A stretch of DNA of 64,000 nucleotides from Octopus vulgaris (GCA_951406725.2 OX597828.1:46376001-46440000); one strand, 5' to 3'; shown: positions 27,066-42,422, numbered from the stretch's first letter. A program made the numbers and translations. Notes: generated from the sequence alone by a model not told the origin.

Positions 27066-28361
27066 TTATACATGAAAATGAAATGAGAATTTGAGAATAG
27101 TAAAAGAGTTCATCAAACGTTTTCTTCGCAATTACATTTAAATAAACACTACACAACAACAGCAACAACAACAACAACACCATCACAACACCAACGGACG
27201 TATTGCGTTCTCAGAAATTACATATAGAAATGATTAACACGGAAATGCTTTATCAGCAGATATCGCAAGCATGAACGGGTAACGGTAGAATAAACAACGA
27301 TGATTTCATAGACAGAATATCGTATACTTTTCTGTGAACTTTTGTGAGAAACTGTAGCAGAGTTTACTTGATATTTTTAATCTATCATTCACTGATTTCG
27401 TGGAATGTCGAGTGGATTTTACTGGAATGTTGTCACTTAAATGTTTAGTAACAGGAACCAGAAATTTAGTGGACAAAAACGACAGCATTATTCTACTTTT
27501 TAATTCTTTCTCTTTTATCTGAGAAAACATTTAAGAATTGGTATATGTATACGCATGCTTAAAATTATATACATATGTAAGTATATATACATATATATAT
27601 GTATGAAACAATTTCGATTTCGAAACCTGTGGTTTTGAGTTCAGTCCCTCTGCGCCGCATCTTGGGTAAATGTTTAGTAGTTGGGCAAATGTTTTGCCCA
27701 AGATCGACCAAATTCTTGTGAGTGTATTTGGTAGACGCTAAAAAGTTGATGACGTTTTTCTTCCGTGGTCAAACTAGCCACCTAACATGATACAATTATG
27801 GGTCAGATCTAATTTTGATTCGCTAAAAAATTGATGACGTTTTTCTTCCGTGGTCAAACTTGTCGTTCTGCTTGGCTGGTTTCCTAAACAGGATACAGTT
27901 GGGGGTCTTTTCCTTATAATCGTTGAAGCTTGGCTTTGATTGGTTTGGAATTATATGACGTCAGTGAACAGTGCCAGAGACCACAGCTACTACTGACTTA
28001 ACTGATATAAACCCAACAATCACAAGTTGACCAAAATTACGACAACCAAGAATCACTACAGTTGCTCCCATCGGAACACAAGGTAAAATCTATTATGATC
28101 TCCTGCACTACACTTGACAAAACAGTACGGAACGACTTACACCTTATAATATATTTTTCGCCTTTTCAAGAACATGGATTCTATTGAATGTATATAGCAT
28201 GGACTCTATTGAAGGTATGTAACAATTATGAACTGTTCCATTATACTTTTATGTATATAGCATGGACTCTATTGAATGTATGAAACAATTATGAACTATT
28301 CCATTATAATCTTTATTATTAAAAAATTATTTTTTATAAGGTTCGTTACATCAAGAACCGA

Positions 28362-28440
<79 letters not shown>

Positions 28441-28481
28441 GAATAAATGAAAGAATGGAGTCGAACGAAGATGTTAACAAA

Positions 28482-28583
28482 ATTCCTTTACTCTCGACAT
28501 ATATTTCGAAGACAGCATGTTTTCATTCCAAAGGAATAAAGGGTGCATTATGTGCAATCTTCTCATCAGGAAAGAAAGGGAGC
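28482..28583 (-). ncRNA. minimal type-I hammerhead ribozyme (same family as 7051)
   Basis: Minus: CTCCCTTTCTTTC-CTGATGA-GAAGATTGCA..TGCTGTCTTC-GAAA-TATATG-TC-GAGAGTAAAGGAA; 3' flank homologous to 7140-7200. Confidence 0.8.
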
Positions 28584-28665
28584 CTCTCTCGACAACAAGA
28601 CAAACAAAATTTGCTAGCCAGGTTTCGGTTAAACGAATTTTCCATGCTGACGATAAACCCCTACT

Positions 28666-28728
<63 letters not shown>

Positions 28729-28819
28729 GCATACACATATACATATATATATATACAAACATACATATATATATATATATATATATACTTACGTAAATAC
28801 AGATATTTATATATATATT

Positions 28820-29049
28820 TTTCTTTATTGCCCACAAGGGGCTAAACATAGAGGAGACAAACAAGGACAGACAAAGGGATTAAGTCGATTACATCGACCC
28901 CAGTGCGTAACTGGTGCTTTATTTATCGACCCCGAAGGGATGAAAGGAAAAGTCGACCTCGGCGGAATTTGAACTCAGAACGTAACGACAGACGAAATAC
29001 GGCTACGCATTTCACCCGGCGTGCTAACGTTTCTGCCAGCTCGCCGCCT
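28820..29049 (-). mobile_element. SINE D, full length
   Basis: Reverse complement of the 8423 copy; head GGCGGCGAGCTGGCAGAAACG. Confidence 0.88.
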
Positions 29050-29121
29050 TATATATATATGCATACATATATATATATGCATACATATATATATGCATAT
29101 ATGCATACATACTGACATACA

Positions 29122-29333
29122 GGCGCAATGGCCCAGTGGTTAGGGCAGCGGACTTGCGGTCGGAGGATCGCGGTTTCGATTCCCAGACCGGGCGTTGTGT
29201 GTGTTTATTGAGCGAAAACACCTAAAAGCTCCACGAGGCTCCGGCAGGGGATGGTGGTGATCCCTGCTGTACTCTTTCACCACTCTAAAGGCGGTGCTCC
29301 AGCATGGCCGCAGTCAAATGACTGAAACAATAC

Positions 29334-29360
<27 letters not shown>
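29122..29360 (+). mobile_element. chimeric SINE: head C, family-A tail, poly(A)
   Basis: GGCGCAATGGCCCAGTGGTTAGG...GGTTTCGATTCCC head, joined at about 29285 to AAAGGCGGTGCTCCAGCATGGCCGCAGTCAAATGACTGAAACAA and an A-run. Confidence 0.8.
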
Positions 29361-29407
<47 letters not shown>

Positions 29408-29625
29408 GACACATACAGGTTAATGTGAGAATGTTTGAGTGTGCGTGCGCGCGCGTATGTATGTTGAAGGTAACAACCAATGACGTCACGGTCAAAATCC
29501 CGCAAATTACTCAATAAATATCTAATTGCACATCAGCAACGCTGTACGTGTACACCGCACACATACACACGCTCAAATGCATACATATATATACATATAC
29601 GTTTATATATATGTATGTATGTATG

Positions 29626-29689
<64 letters not shown>

Positions 29690-30033
29690 TGTGTGTGTGT
29701 GTTTGTGTGTGTTTGTGTGTGTGTGTATGCATTAAAATTACTCAAAGGATATACCCAGTATGTCTACCTGCTAGAAATAACACTCAAAACTCGTATTTAC
29801 TTCAGTCAATAAAAGTTTTGACTGATTTTTGCAGCAGGTAGACATACTCATTATGCCATTTGACTAATTTTAATCCTTAGGCTATTTAATGCCTTTTCGG
29901 GGCCTGCAATCGCCTATATTACAAATTCTGTCATTATCATTTTTACATTGTTAAACTAGATAATAATAGAGACAACGATATGTTCGGAAATAATTCTTCG
30001 TGAATTATTTGCTCCGTATTTATATATATGTAC

Positions 30034-30118
<85 letters not shown>

Positions 30119-30455
30119 AGCACATCAAACTTTTTATGTTAATTATTATTTTTGTCATTGTTGTCCTTCTAGTCATCACAAATCACATCATCATCATCAT
30201 CATCATCATTATTATTACTTTCATATACACTTAACAGACTAGAATGCTGGAAAAGAAAAGAATCCTAGCATCGGGCTACAACAACTAGCCTTAGATACCA
30301 AGAACCCTCCTATGTTAAAGACCCACAACATCTTATATTTCTTACTTTCAAGTACCTTACTAGGTTCATGCTCAATACCATTTATCAGTTTCTTCTTATT
30401 ATTTTTACTATCATCGTCATCATCATCACCATCATCATCATCGTCGTCGTCGCCG

Positions 30456-30502
<47 letters not shown>

Positions 30503-30680
30503 GAGTGAGAGAGCAGTGCCTGCCATCAAAGTGACACTGGGGTAAAATATACGAAGCCTAGTATACCCATCGTGACTACCCCTTCTGGTAAGGGTACACT
30601 AGGCCCATGCATCACAACCATATGTGCGCGCGACATGGAGATCTCATATCAAGATAAACAACACATGACCTTCCAGTTGA
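30503..30680 (-). mobile_element. family E, truncated copy between TAA arrays
   Basis: Matches 16236-16410. Confidence 0.75.
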
Positions 30681-30714
30681 CCGCTTATTATCATCATCAT
30701 CATCATCATCATCA

Positions 30715-31400
<686 letters not shown>

Positions 31401-31741
31401 GATTTTCTTGCACTTCGCAACTTGCAATACTGATGTAGCAGTCAGGATCGCAAGATTGTGGCTTCTCTTCTCGGCTTGCGCGGTGCATTGTGCATATGAG
31501 CAAAGCACTTCGCTTCACTTTGCTTCAGTCCCCTCATCTGTAAATGCGCAGCTCTGCAAAGGACTGGAGTCCCGTTCAGAGGGAATATTTTGATCTCGGT
31601 CACTTATAGGCTATAGAAACTGGTTAACCGATTCTGTGAGTCCTAGGATTCGAAAATCTTTATAAGAATTAATCAAGTAGTTAGCATGAAAAACCTCATA
31701 AGCCATCAATGTTTTTCTTAAATATATTTATTTATACTATA

Positions 31742-31886
31742 TAGAGGACATTACTATACATAAATGCCACACGCTAGCAGGACTCTTAAAGTCAAAACTA
31801 GCAAAATAAATAAACACATAGTATCGAATGCGAGTAAATGCAACTCTCTCCTAGCGTGTGGCATTTATGTATAGTAATGCCCTCTA
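31742..31886. repeat. MITE-like hairpin with about 36-bp inverted arms
   Basis: TAGAGGACATTACTATACATAAATGCCACACGCTAG vs CTAGCGTGTGGCATTTATGTATAGTAATGCCCTCTA. Confidence 0.8.
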
Positions 31887-32471
31887 CATATAATATGTAT
31901 GTATGCATGTATGTATGTATGTATGTATGTATGTATGTATGTATGTATATCCATACATACATGCATGCATACGATTATTATTGGAGAAATACGATACATA
32001 CTCACCTGTCTGAAGAAAGACAGAAATAAGAAAGAAAAAAAACCATTTCTCTATTTATATAAACTCTACAGATATTATGGAAATCCTGATGTATATCAAG
32101 TAGAAACAACATTTCCACTGTAAGACGTCATCAGGTAGCCGATAACTTTTGGACGAGATTTGCATAGCCTTCTGCAAGGTTTTTTACCAGAAGCTTATAC
32201 TACGAATATATACATACATAAGAACGTATATAGATAAAACATATAAACTTATAAATGTTTAAATTCTAGTGACAGAGTCTCCTTTCTAGACTGGAATCTG
32301 TCGCCTCAATTATTCGCAAATTCGGAAAATATGAAAAATATTACATACATTTATATGCTCCAGTATTACTCTCTGTGAACACAAATAACCAAGCCCGTGT
32401 GTTCGTGTGTGTGTGAGCGCGAGTACGTGTGTGCGTTTATGGAAACATTCACGCATACGCATATGTATAAG

Positions 32472-32522
<51 letters not shown>

Positions 32523-32540
32523 ATATAAATATATATATAC

Positions 32541-32575
<35 letters not shown>

Positions 32576-32680
32576 AATATATATATGTATATGAATATAT
32601 ATACATAAATATATTTAAATACATATATATATATATATATAAATACATATATATACATATATATAAATACATATATATAA

Positions 32681-32751
<71 letters not shown>

Positions 32752-32869
32752 TATATTTTACGACCTACGCGTGAATTGACGCATTTAGCAAGTCAATGTT
32801 CGCTGTTTCTCTGTTTGAGACCTCTTTTCTGTATACATACGTATATATAACATGTATATGTACAAATAC

Positions 32870-32944
<75 letters not shown>

Positions 32945-33624
32945 CATATATATATATATGTATATATATATATTATATATATATATATTTAAATGTATGT
33001 ATGTATATATATATATATATATATATGCATGTATGTTTGTATGCATGCATGTATGTATGTACACATGTTGCATACATATACTTGACTACGTGTATACACA
33101 TAGATATGCATACAAACTCATATGCATACAGAAATGTAAGTTTGCACATATGAATGTATAAAATGTCAAATGTCAGCGTGTAGAGTCAGATTAAACAACA
33201 TTGATATATACCCATTTCCCACCCCGTTTACATTGGTAGGACCACCTGCAGACTTTGCTGTACATCATATTTTATCAATAGTCTATTTTTTTTTCTTTAA
33301 TTCATATATAATTTTTGTTTGCTAAAACCTTTTTTTTTATAGTTATTTTCTTCTCTTCTTGGTTTGTATTTTTTTCCGTTTTCCTTTGAGGTGTCTTTTT
33401 TCTTTTTTTTTCTTTTCGTCGTCAACTTATCTATTTTGTTTATTTTATTTTGTTTATCTTATTTATTTCTTTTTCAACATTTCCCTTTCACACATCTTCA
33501 GATGATCTGTGGTGATAGTGTTGGTCCTAAACTTCCGTTTCAAACCACTCAACACATGCAGACATATACACACGTGTACATTCATATTTATATACATACA
33601 TACATATACATATATATGTATTTT

Positions 33625-33987
33625 TTTTCTAGTTTCAGCTCAGAGCTGCGGCCATGCTGATGCACCGCCGTTTTGTGCTACACTGTTATTACGACGAACC
33701 TCGTCTAATATGTGGCACTTGGTGAAGAATGGAGTTTGATACAGCTACTCTCATTTGCACCTCTTGCCGTGAGGTAGGTTCATCTGAGACTCTTGACAGG
33801 AAGATGTCCAGCTTTGATTTAAAAACCGCTACATCTACTTTGTGCAAGTTCCTCAGACTCTTTGGGAGAATATTAAAAAGCTGTGGGCCCTTGAAACACA
33901 GGCTGTTACAGAAGCTGGTCCTGAAGCGTGATGGCATTGCTGGGATCTTTGGCACTATGCAGTGTCGTCCCGTTCTAGCATTGGTGT
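33625..33987 (-). mobile_element. 5'-truncated relative of the 43-47 kb LINE
   Basis: YTNARTGRHCIVPK...GPQLFNILPK...DEPTSRQEVQMR closely parallels the C-terminus of ORF 43455-44177; same 3' tail. Confidence 0.9.
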
Positions 33988-34562
33988 ATATATATATATG
34001 TGTCATTCATCCTTTTGGGGTCAGTTACCAGTGTTGAGGTTGATTTAATGGACTGAACCACCCCTCAAAATTGCTGGCCTTGTGCCAATTATTATTATTA
34101 TTATTGTCATCATCATCATTATCATTATCACCAGTAGTGAAATTTTTCGAGGTCTAAAAAGGGACAGGAATTTCTTATTTCGATGAATATAAGTGCGATT
34201 GGGTTTATAGGTCTTTGATGAGAGGAACAGGTAATTATTTCTTCTATGGAAACTAGGAATACTTGGATATGTTGATATTGGAATTAGCTCAATCATTTCA
34301 GAGCAGGATGCTGCACAGATGATAGAACAGCTAGGTAATCAAAACAAAAAAAAGACAAGGAGTATTAGCAACCCACTAAACAGAATGTCATAAGAATATA
34401 TATATATATGTTTGTGTGTGTGAATAGTATATATATATATATGTGTATAGTAATATGTAAATGTGTAGGAAGTTAGCTTTGAGCAATCCATAGAATGTAT
34501 AAAAACAACTTTTAGGAACAGTAGTGGTTTATTGGAATATATACAAATATATTTGCAAAATG

Positions 34563-34617
<55 letters not shown>

Positions 34618-34619
<2 letters not shown>

Positions 34620-34746
34620 CACAAAGAGACCGATATAATAAGTACTAGGCTTACAAGAATAAGTCCTGGGGTCGATTTGCTCGACTAAAGGTGGTGCTCC
34701 AGCATGGCCACAGTCAAATGACTGAAACAAGTAAAGGAGTAAAGGA

Positions 34747-34748
<2 letters not shown>
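34618..34748 (+). mobile_element. SINE A, 3' fragment
   Basis: GAGACCGATA...CTCCAGCATGGCCACAGTCAAATGACTGAAACAAG. Confidence 0.8.
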
Positions 34749-34785
<37 letters not shown>

Positions 34786-35026
34786 TGCACATGAATATGT
34801 ATAGGCATGCATGTATAGGCATATATATATATTTATACACACATGCATATATAAATATATGCATGCGTGTATAAATATATATTATATATAAGTATGTGTG
34901 TATGTACGTGTATGTGTGCGTGTGTAGATATATATACGAACCCGGCGAGAAATGCAAATTAGATAATTTGATAGACAGCTACGTGTATTTCGTGTCATAT
35001 ATCTATATTTACATATATCTTTATGC

Positions 35027-35066
<40 letters not shown>

Positions 35067-35163
35067 GCACACATGTACGCACATCTATTTACATCCATGT
35101 GTATATACACGAACAGGCGCACGGTCCCATATGTAAACTCATAACGAAGTACATGTACATACT

Positions 35164-35205
<42 letters not shown>

Positions 35206-35310
35206 AATCTCTTACTTACTGTCAGACAAGTTGTACACACATACAGATGCGTACAAGCATTTCTATACATCCAAAGAATTCGTGCACATATACACAAACA
35301 CACATAGTAC

Positions 35311-35464
<154 letters not shown>

Positions 35465-35799
35465 TTAGATATACATTCTTACACACTCACGTACACACAC
35501 ATCTATATATACATATGACGGTGAATATTTACACGTATCTTCTATGTCACGCAAATATTTCCAAACATCAGCAGAGATCTTAAGGTCGTTCACTCTCTTT
35601 GATATGATTTTTAAGTGCAATAAACACTGAGCAGTGTTAATTATATTTTACACAATCTGTTTTGTGTTTTAACATATTCTTACTTTTATTTCCAGACATG
35701 GTCCGCCTGTAGTTTTCAATATTTTGCAGTCAATTTAAAGCAATTTAATTGATGTAATTATTATCGGTAAATATGTAGTAATGGATCCACATCAGTAAC

Positions 35800-35813
35800 G
35801 TTGCTATGGTTAC
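35800..35813. promoter_or_regulatory. candidate RFX X-box
   Basis: GTTGCTATGGTTAC, close to GTTNCYATGGNAAC, in non-repetitive sequence; motif only. Confidence 0.3.
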
Positions 35814-36167
35814 ATGCGCTGTCATTCTGGTCCGCAACCAGAGAGAAGCAACTCGCCTGATTGACACGTTATCACTAATGGAAACACCCTAGCATCTGGC
35901 CTTCTGGTCTGCCGTCTCCTCGCTCTGTCATCCGTCTCCATAAAAATAGCTTGCTCTCCTCGGATTTGCCACTCCTCAGCTACCCTCGATTGTCACTTCC
36001 CTGTCTTTCCTTTTCGACACCTTTGATGCGTCCATTCTTTCTTTCTCTCACAACATTTCTTTTTATCTCCTTCTTGGTCATGTGTCTCTCAGTGTTTCTT
36101 TCTTTGGCAACAATCTGAGTGTCACATACATACATATATTCATATATATATACATATATAAGTGTAC

Positions 36168-36200
<33 letters not shown>

Positions 36201-36226
36201 TGTATGTATGTATGTATGTATCTATG

Positions 36227-36290
<64 letters not shown>

Positions 36291-36626
36291 CCGCGATGAG
36301 TATATTGTCGCCATTTTATAATTGAGCTTCCCGCATGTGCATTATTTGCATTTGATTTTGTCGATTACACAGTATAGTAGGGACAATTGTGTACCATCTA
36401 TGAGAAAAACAGCACCATGACACAATTCACTCTGTCAGAAAATTGAAGACGGTGTGCTGTAATGCTTGGCATTCGCTCCAGAAGCTCCAATGCGAACATT
36501 TCAGAATGTTTGGGCGTCAATCAACGGAACAGCAGTGCACCCTTAATGTAATTCTCGGAGAGATTCAGCGTGACACAGAGTGTAACAAGGCTGACCCTTT
36601 CAAATACAGGCACGACAGAAACAGGA

Positions 36627-36807
36627 TAAAAGACTGAGAGAAAGTTGTGGTGAAAAGTGAAAGAATACAGCTGGGTTCCCCCCTCCCCGTCCTTGTCGGA
36701 TTATCATGGAGCTAAATTTTTTTTCGCTCAATAAGCACTCACAACACCCCGTCTGGGAATCGAAACCACGTGTCTACTGCCCTAACCACTGGGCCATTGC
36801 GCCTCCA
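36627..36807 (-). mobile_element. SINE C head with internal deletion
   Basis: CCCTAACCACTGGGCCATTGCGCC is the reverse complement of head C. Confidence 0.75.
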
Positions 36808-36852
<45 letters not shown>

Positions 36853-36991
36853 GTGAAATAGAAAGATGAATAATCTTGTAGTAGATTAATCAAAAGTTTA
36901 ACCGATACCTTAGTAGCAAAAATCACAGCAGTAAAACAGCACGGTTGGAGGTACAACCATATGGTACAACCAATTTTCTTCAATTCACCAA

Positions 36992-37312
<321 letters not shown>

Positions 37313-37324
37313 TATGGTATACAG

Positions 37325-37379
37325 GAAATCGATCCCTGATGAGGCTTTAATGAGTGATGAACCAAGTTGGATCGATCTC
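37325..37379 (+). ncRNA. degenerate hammerhead-like motif
   Basis: Stem I GAAATCGATCC/GGATCGATCTC encloses CTGATGA (37336-37342), but GAAA reads GAAC and stem II is poor. Confidence 0.4.
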
Positions 37380-38045
37380 GTTGTCTGAGTAAGGATAGAG
37401 AAGAAAAAACTCTGGGTTTAAAGACTTCATTAGGTTTGCAGGACTGCGTTAAATTGCTTTCAATAAAATCACGCTCTCGTATGTAACTTACTATTTGCAC
37501 AATCATACACAGAGACACACAGACACACAGAGGAGCACACACACACACACACAAACACACAGGCACATGCATATGTATGTGCACATGAGTGTATGTACAT
37601 TTGTGTCTGTGTGTCTGGGGTGTATGTTTTTGAGGACATCTGTGATTACTGACGCGTGTGCATGTGTTTGTGAGTGAGTGGGTGCGTGCATCCATGTGTT
37701 ATATGCTAACGTAATTATTTTGTTGCATATACAAGTCAGGAAGCCCATATTAACAACTTAATATTCCAACTTGTGCTTCTCTTTGGAGGCAATTCAGTGC
37801 TCTGCATCATATATTTCACTTTATATTGCTTTTCATTTTCTTTCCCCTCTTTTCTGTTTTGATTTCAGTGTATTTTCCTTTACGTTTTTGCTTCTACATT
37901 TTATTTTAAATCTCAGCAATCCCCCTGACCTGTTAACTTTAGTCGGGTTCAATGACCTTAAACTGTCAGAAGCCTATCAGAATTTTCGTTTGTTTTGATA
38001 CATACATACGTATGTATGTATACATATACATGTATACATACATAA

Positions 38046-38109
<64 letters not shown>

Positions 38110-38258
38110 ATATATATGTATATATGTATATATATATATATGTATATATGTATTTATATGTATATATGTATATATATATATATGTATATATGTATATATA
38201 TATATATGTATATATATATATGTATATATATATATACACACATACATATATATATGTG

Positions 38259-38301
<43 letters not shown>

Positions 38302-39659
38302 GCATATATATATATACATATATATATATATTTATATATAGATAAATATATATGTGTATGTTTATATTTGTACGTATGCATGTGTGTGTGTATGTGTGTG
38401 TGTGTGTGTGTGTTGTATGTATGTGTATATACGCACACAACTTTTGTTATACTTTTGTTTCCAGGTTGTCAATGTAATCAATTAGATTCGGGTTCCATAT
38501 CGGTTATCTGACAATTCAGACAGTACCAGATGTCGATAACCAGAGAGAGACAAGAGTTGCAAACGAAATTAACTTAGCTAACCAAGGAGATCCAATGCGG
38601 CGGAGGAACAAATATGTTATGATCCAAGACGTATTGCTAATTTTATAGGGATCTTATCTGTGATGAGAATCAAAACAATAAAACCTTAATTTTTTTCTAA
38701 TTCGTAGTTCTGCAGTTTATATCAATTTTTTTTTGTGGTGTTTCATATAAATATGAACAACTCTCGGATGCAAATTCTAGCGACTTGCACTCGGTTCAGT
38801 TCAACTCCCATTGTTTTTCGTATAATTCAAGGAATTGGCAAAAATAAAAGATCACTAGTATACACCCCAACCCCTAACTTGGAACGTTATAGAGTCCGAT
38901 ATTCTGATATATATTTTTGTTCATTTTGACATAGTGAACGTAGGCACAGAGGCCGTTTAACTGGAAGGAGCATCCGCTAAAGCTAGAGAAAAGAGAATAA
39001 ATTTTATTCACCACAGAGTTGTCGCCTAGTGACTACTTGGTTTTTGCTTGGGGGTTCTTGCTTTTATAGCTATTCAGAAGGATAGCTACGTCATTGAGAA
39101 CAATAGATTTAGTTGGTGGTCTTATTTCTATTCTAGCTTTAATTCTACCAGGGAAACGTAGTTATATTAAATCCTGTGAACTTTTTATATACCAACAAAT
39201 GTTTTTCCAACGTCTCGTGAATAATACATGACTAAACGAAAAGCTGTCCTTAGTTCAACAGTGTCTGAGGAGACAAATAAACTCCGAAAAAGTCACGTAT
39301 CAGCAAATTGCATACAGAATATCTAGATTCATTTATCATTCCATATTTTCGTTGTGTGATATCTTTCTTTAATCGTTTTTCTTTTATTTATCTCACTCAT
39401 TTGTCGGCGGCAATGCTGGAGCACCGCCTTCAAAGTTTATCGTCAAACGAATAGATCCCAGAACATACTTTTTACAAAGGATGGCACTTTATTCTGTCCC
39501 TTAATTTTGCTCAACCGATAATTTACGGGAACATAAAGAAACCAATACCCATTGTCAAGCTCTGGTGGAGGAGAAACACGAAGACACACATATTCATAAA
39601 CTCGCCTATACACACACACATACATATGTGTATATGTAAGTATGTATATATATGCATGT

Positions 39660-39694
<35 letters not shown>

Positions 39695-39696
39695 AA

Positions 39697-39984
39697 GGCG
39701 TAATGGCCCACGGGTTACGGCAGTGGACACGCGGTTGTAGGATCGCGGTTTCGATTCCCATACCGAGCGTTGTGAGTGTTTATTAAGCGAAAACATCTAA
39801 AGCTCCACGACGTTCCGGCAGGGTATGGTGGCGATCCCTACTGTACTCTTTCGCCACAACTTTCCCTCACTCTTTCTTAGCCAGCGGGGTGGCGTCATTT
39901 GAAGGCGAAAACAATGCGAAGCGCATTGTGACCAGCGATGTGTAGCAACATCTGATAGTCTGGTCGGTCACGGTGATCACAGTG

Positions 39985-39985
<1 letters not shown>
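39697..39985 (+). mobile_element. SINE C with its own tail
   Basis: Head as at 29122, then TTAGCCAGCGGGGTGGCGTC...GGTCGGTCACGGTGATCAC. Confidence 0.8.
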
Positions 39986-40021
<36 letters not shown>

Positions 40022-40076
40022 CCGGAGTAAACACATAAATGTGAAACAAGGTGGAAAAAAGAGTACTCAAATACCA

Positions 40077-40136
<60 letters not shown>

Positions 40137-40261
40137 TAATCCAAACATGAAAACACAAAGAGAAAACACAACAACGCGAAGACGTGGAACAAATATAGTA
40201 TTATTGGACGCTCAGGAAGGAAGGGAAGAAGGATATATATATATATATATATGTACATACA

Positions 40262-40308
<47 letters not shown>

Positions 40309-40726
40309 GTATATATATATTTGTATGTATGCATGTATGTATATATGTATGTTTGTATGTATATACGATAGGCTTGGTTCAGTTTCTGTCTACAAAATCC
40401 ACTCACAAGCCTTTAATAGACCCCGGGCTATAGTAGAGGACACTTGTCCAAAGTGTCATGCAGTGGGACTGAACCCGAAACCATGTGATTGGGAAGCAAA
40501 CTTTTTACCATTGTCACACAGCCACACCTATTAATTATTTCTAATTGTTTTATTAGCACCTTCATAAATCTATATCAGAGACTACATCTTTCCTCCTCAT
40601 ACTTTTTCTATGATTAAATATCTTGTTTAAATTAATTTTAATTGTACTATCTGCTTATGTTTATGTGCATTTATCTGTTTTTCTAATTATGTACTTAACT
40701 ATCTATCTATTTATCTATCTACCTAC

Positions 40727-40785
<59 letters not shown>

Positions 40786-40854
40786 GCTAGCTAGCTAGCT
40801 ATATATCTATTTATCTATCTATCTGTCTATTTATCTATTTATCTATCTACCTAC

Positions 40855-40901
<47 letters not shown>

Positions 40902-40975
40902 GCTAGCTAGCTAGCTAGCTAGCTAGCTATATATCTATTTATCTATCTATCTGTCTATTTATCTATTTATCTATC

Positions 40976-41006
<31 letters not shown>

Positions 41007-41652
41007 GTCTATTTATCTATCTGTCTGTAGATCTGTTTGTGTCTCTGCCTATCTGCGTTTCTATCAATCAGTGCATCTGTCTATATATCTGTCTTTCTAG
41101 CTGTCTGTCTTATTATTCGTGTGTCTGCAAGGTAGATTTACTTTTATGTACACCTAGGTCTATGTTTCATCTATTTACGTATCTACCCACTTGTCTGACC
41201 GTCTACCCGTCTGCCAATTTATTCCGATGCACTTGTGCACATGCGACTGTGCGCATATATATATATATAAATATGTATTTGCTAAATCTGCGTGGGAATT
41301 CAGCGTTTTTCGCGTAACGGGAAGATAATAAAATAGATCAAGACTAATACATAGGTGTACAGGCAAACAGACAGTGATAGACTGAGATACTAAGAGAAAG
41401 ATAGAGAGGATAGAGGGATGTGCCTGGAAGAGACGGCACACTGAGTCTGTGGTACGGAAGCAACACAGTGCAAGATTTGGGAAGTGATTAAGTAGAACTA
41501 ATATTGTAAGCATTATTTTTTTTTGCAACCACGTGGTTTTGAGTTCATTCCCGGTGCGCGGAGCATGCACGAGTGCCTTCTGCTATAGATTGGTATTGGG
41601 TGTACCGATGACTTAGAGATTCTGGTAAATTTAAATAGTTTGAAGCAGAGCA

Positions 41653-41703
<51 letters not shown>

Positions 41704-41771
41704 TGCACATACACACACAAAGTCACACATGCCCACACATACATATATGTAAACATATAATTATATATATA

Positions 41772-42178
41772 GGCGCAGGAGTGGCTGTGTGGTAAGTAGC
41801 TTGCTTGCCAACCACATGGTTCCGGGTTCAGTCCCACTGCGTGGCACCTTGGGCAAGTGTCTTCTACTATAGCCTCGGGCCGACCAAAGCCTTGTGAGTG
41901 GATTTGGTAGACGGAAACTGAAAGAAGCCCGTCGTATATAAGTATATATATGTATACGTATGTGTGTATTTGTGTGTCTGTGTTTGTCCCCCTAGCATTG
42001 CTTGACAACCGATGCTGGTGTGCTTATGTCCCCGTCACTTAGCGGTTCGGCAAAATAGATCGATAGAATAAGTACTGGGCTTACAAAAGAATAAGTCCCG
42101 GGGTCGAGTTGCTCGACTAAAGGCGGTGCTCCAGCATGGCCGCAGTCAAATGACTGAAACAAGTAAAAGAGTAAAAGA
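41772..42178 (+). mobile_element. SINE A, full length and young
   Basis: Complete from head to (GTAAAAGA)n tail. Confidence 0.9.
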
Positions 42179-42211
42179 TTATATATATACGTGTGTGTGT
42201 ATATATGTATG

Positions 42212-42422
42212 CTCTTTTACTTGTTTCACTCATTTAATTGCGGCCATGCTGGAGGACCGCCTTTTAGTCGAGCAAATCGACCCCAGGACTTATTCTTTGT
42301 AAGTCTAGTATTTATTCTATCGGTCTCTTTTGCCGTAGGGGGACGTAAACAGACCAGCATCGGTTGTCAAGTGATGTTGGGGGGGAACAAACACAAACAC
42401 ACACGCATATATATATATGTAT

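Noticed and set aside
32100-32145. Minus-strand CTGATGA..GAAA
   Set aside because: Stems I and II do not pair; similar lone CTGATGA hits near 22470, 50765 and 54208 also fail
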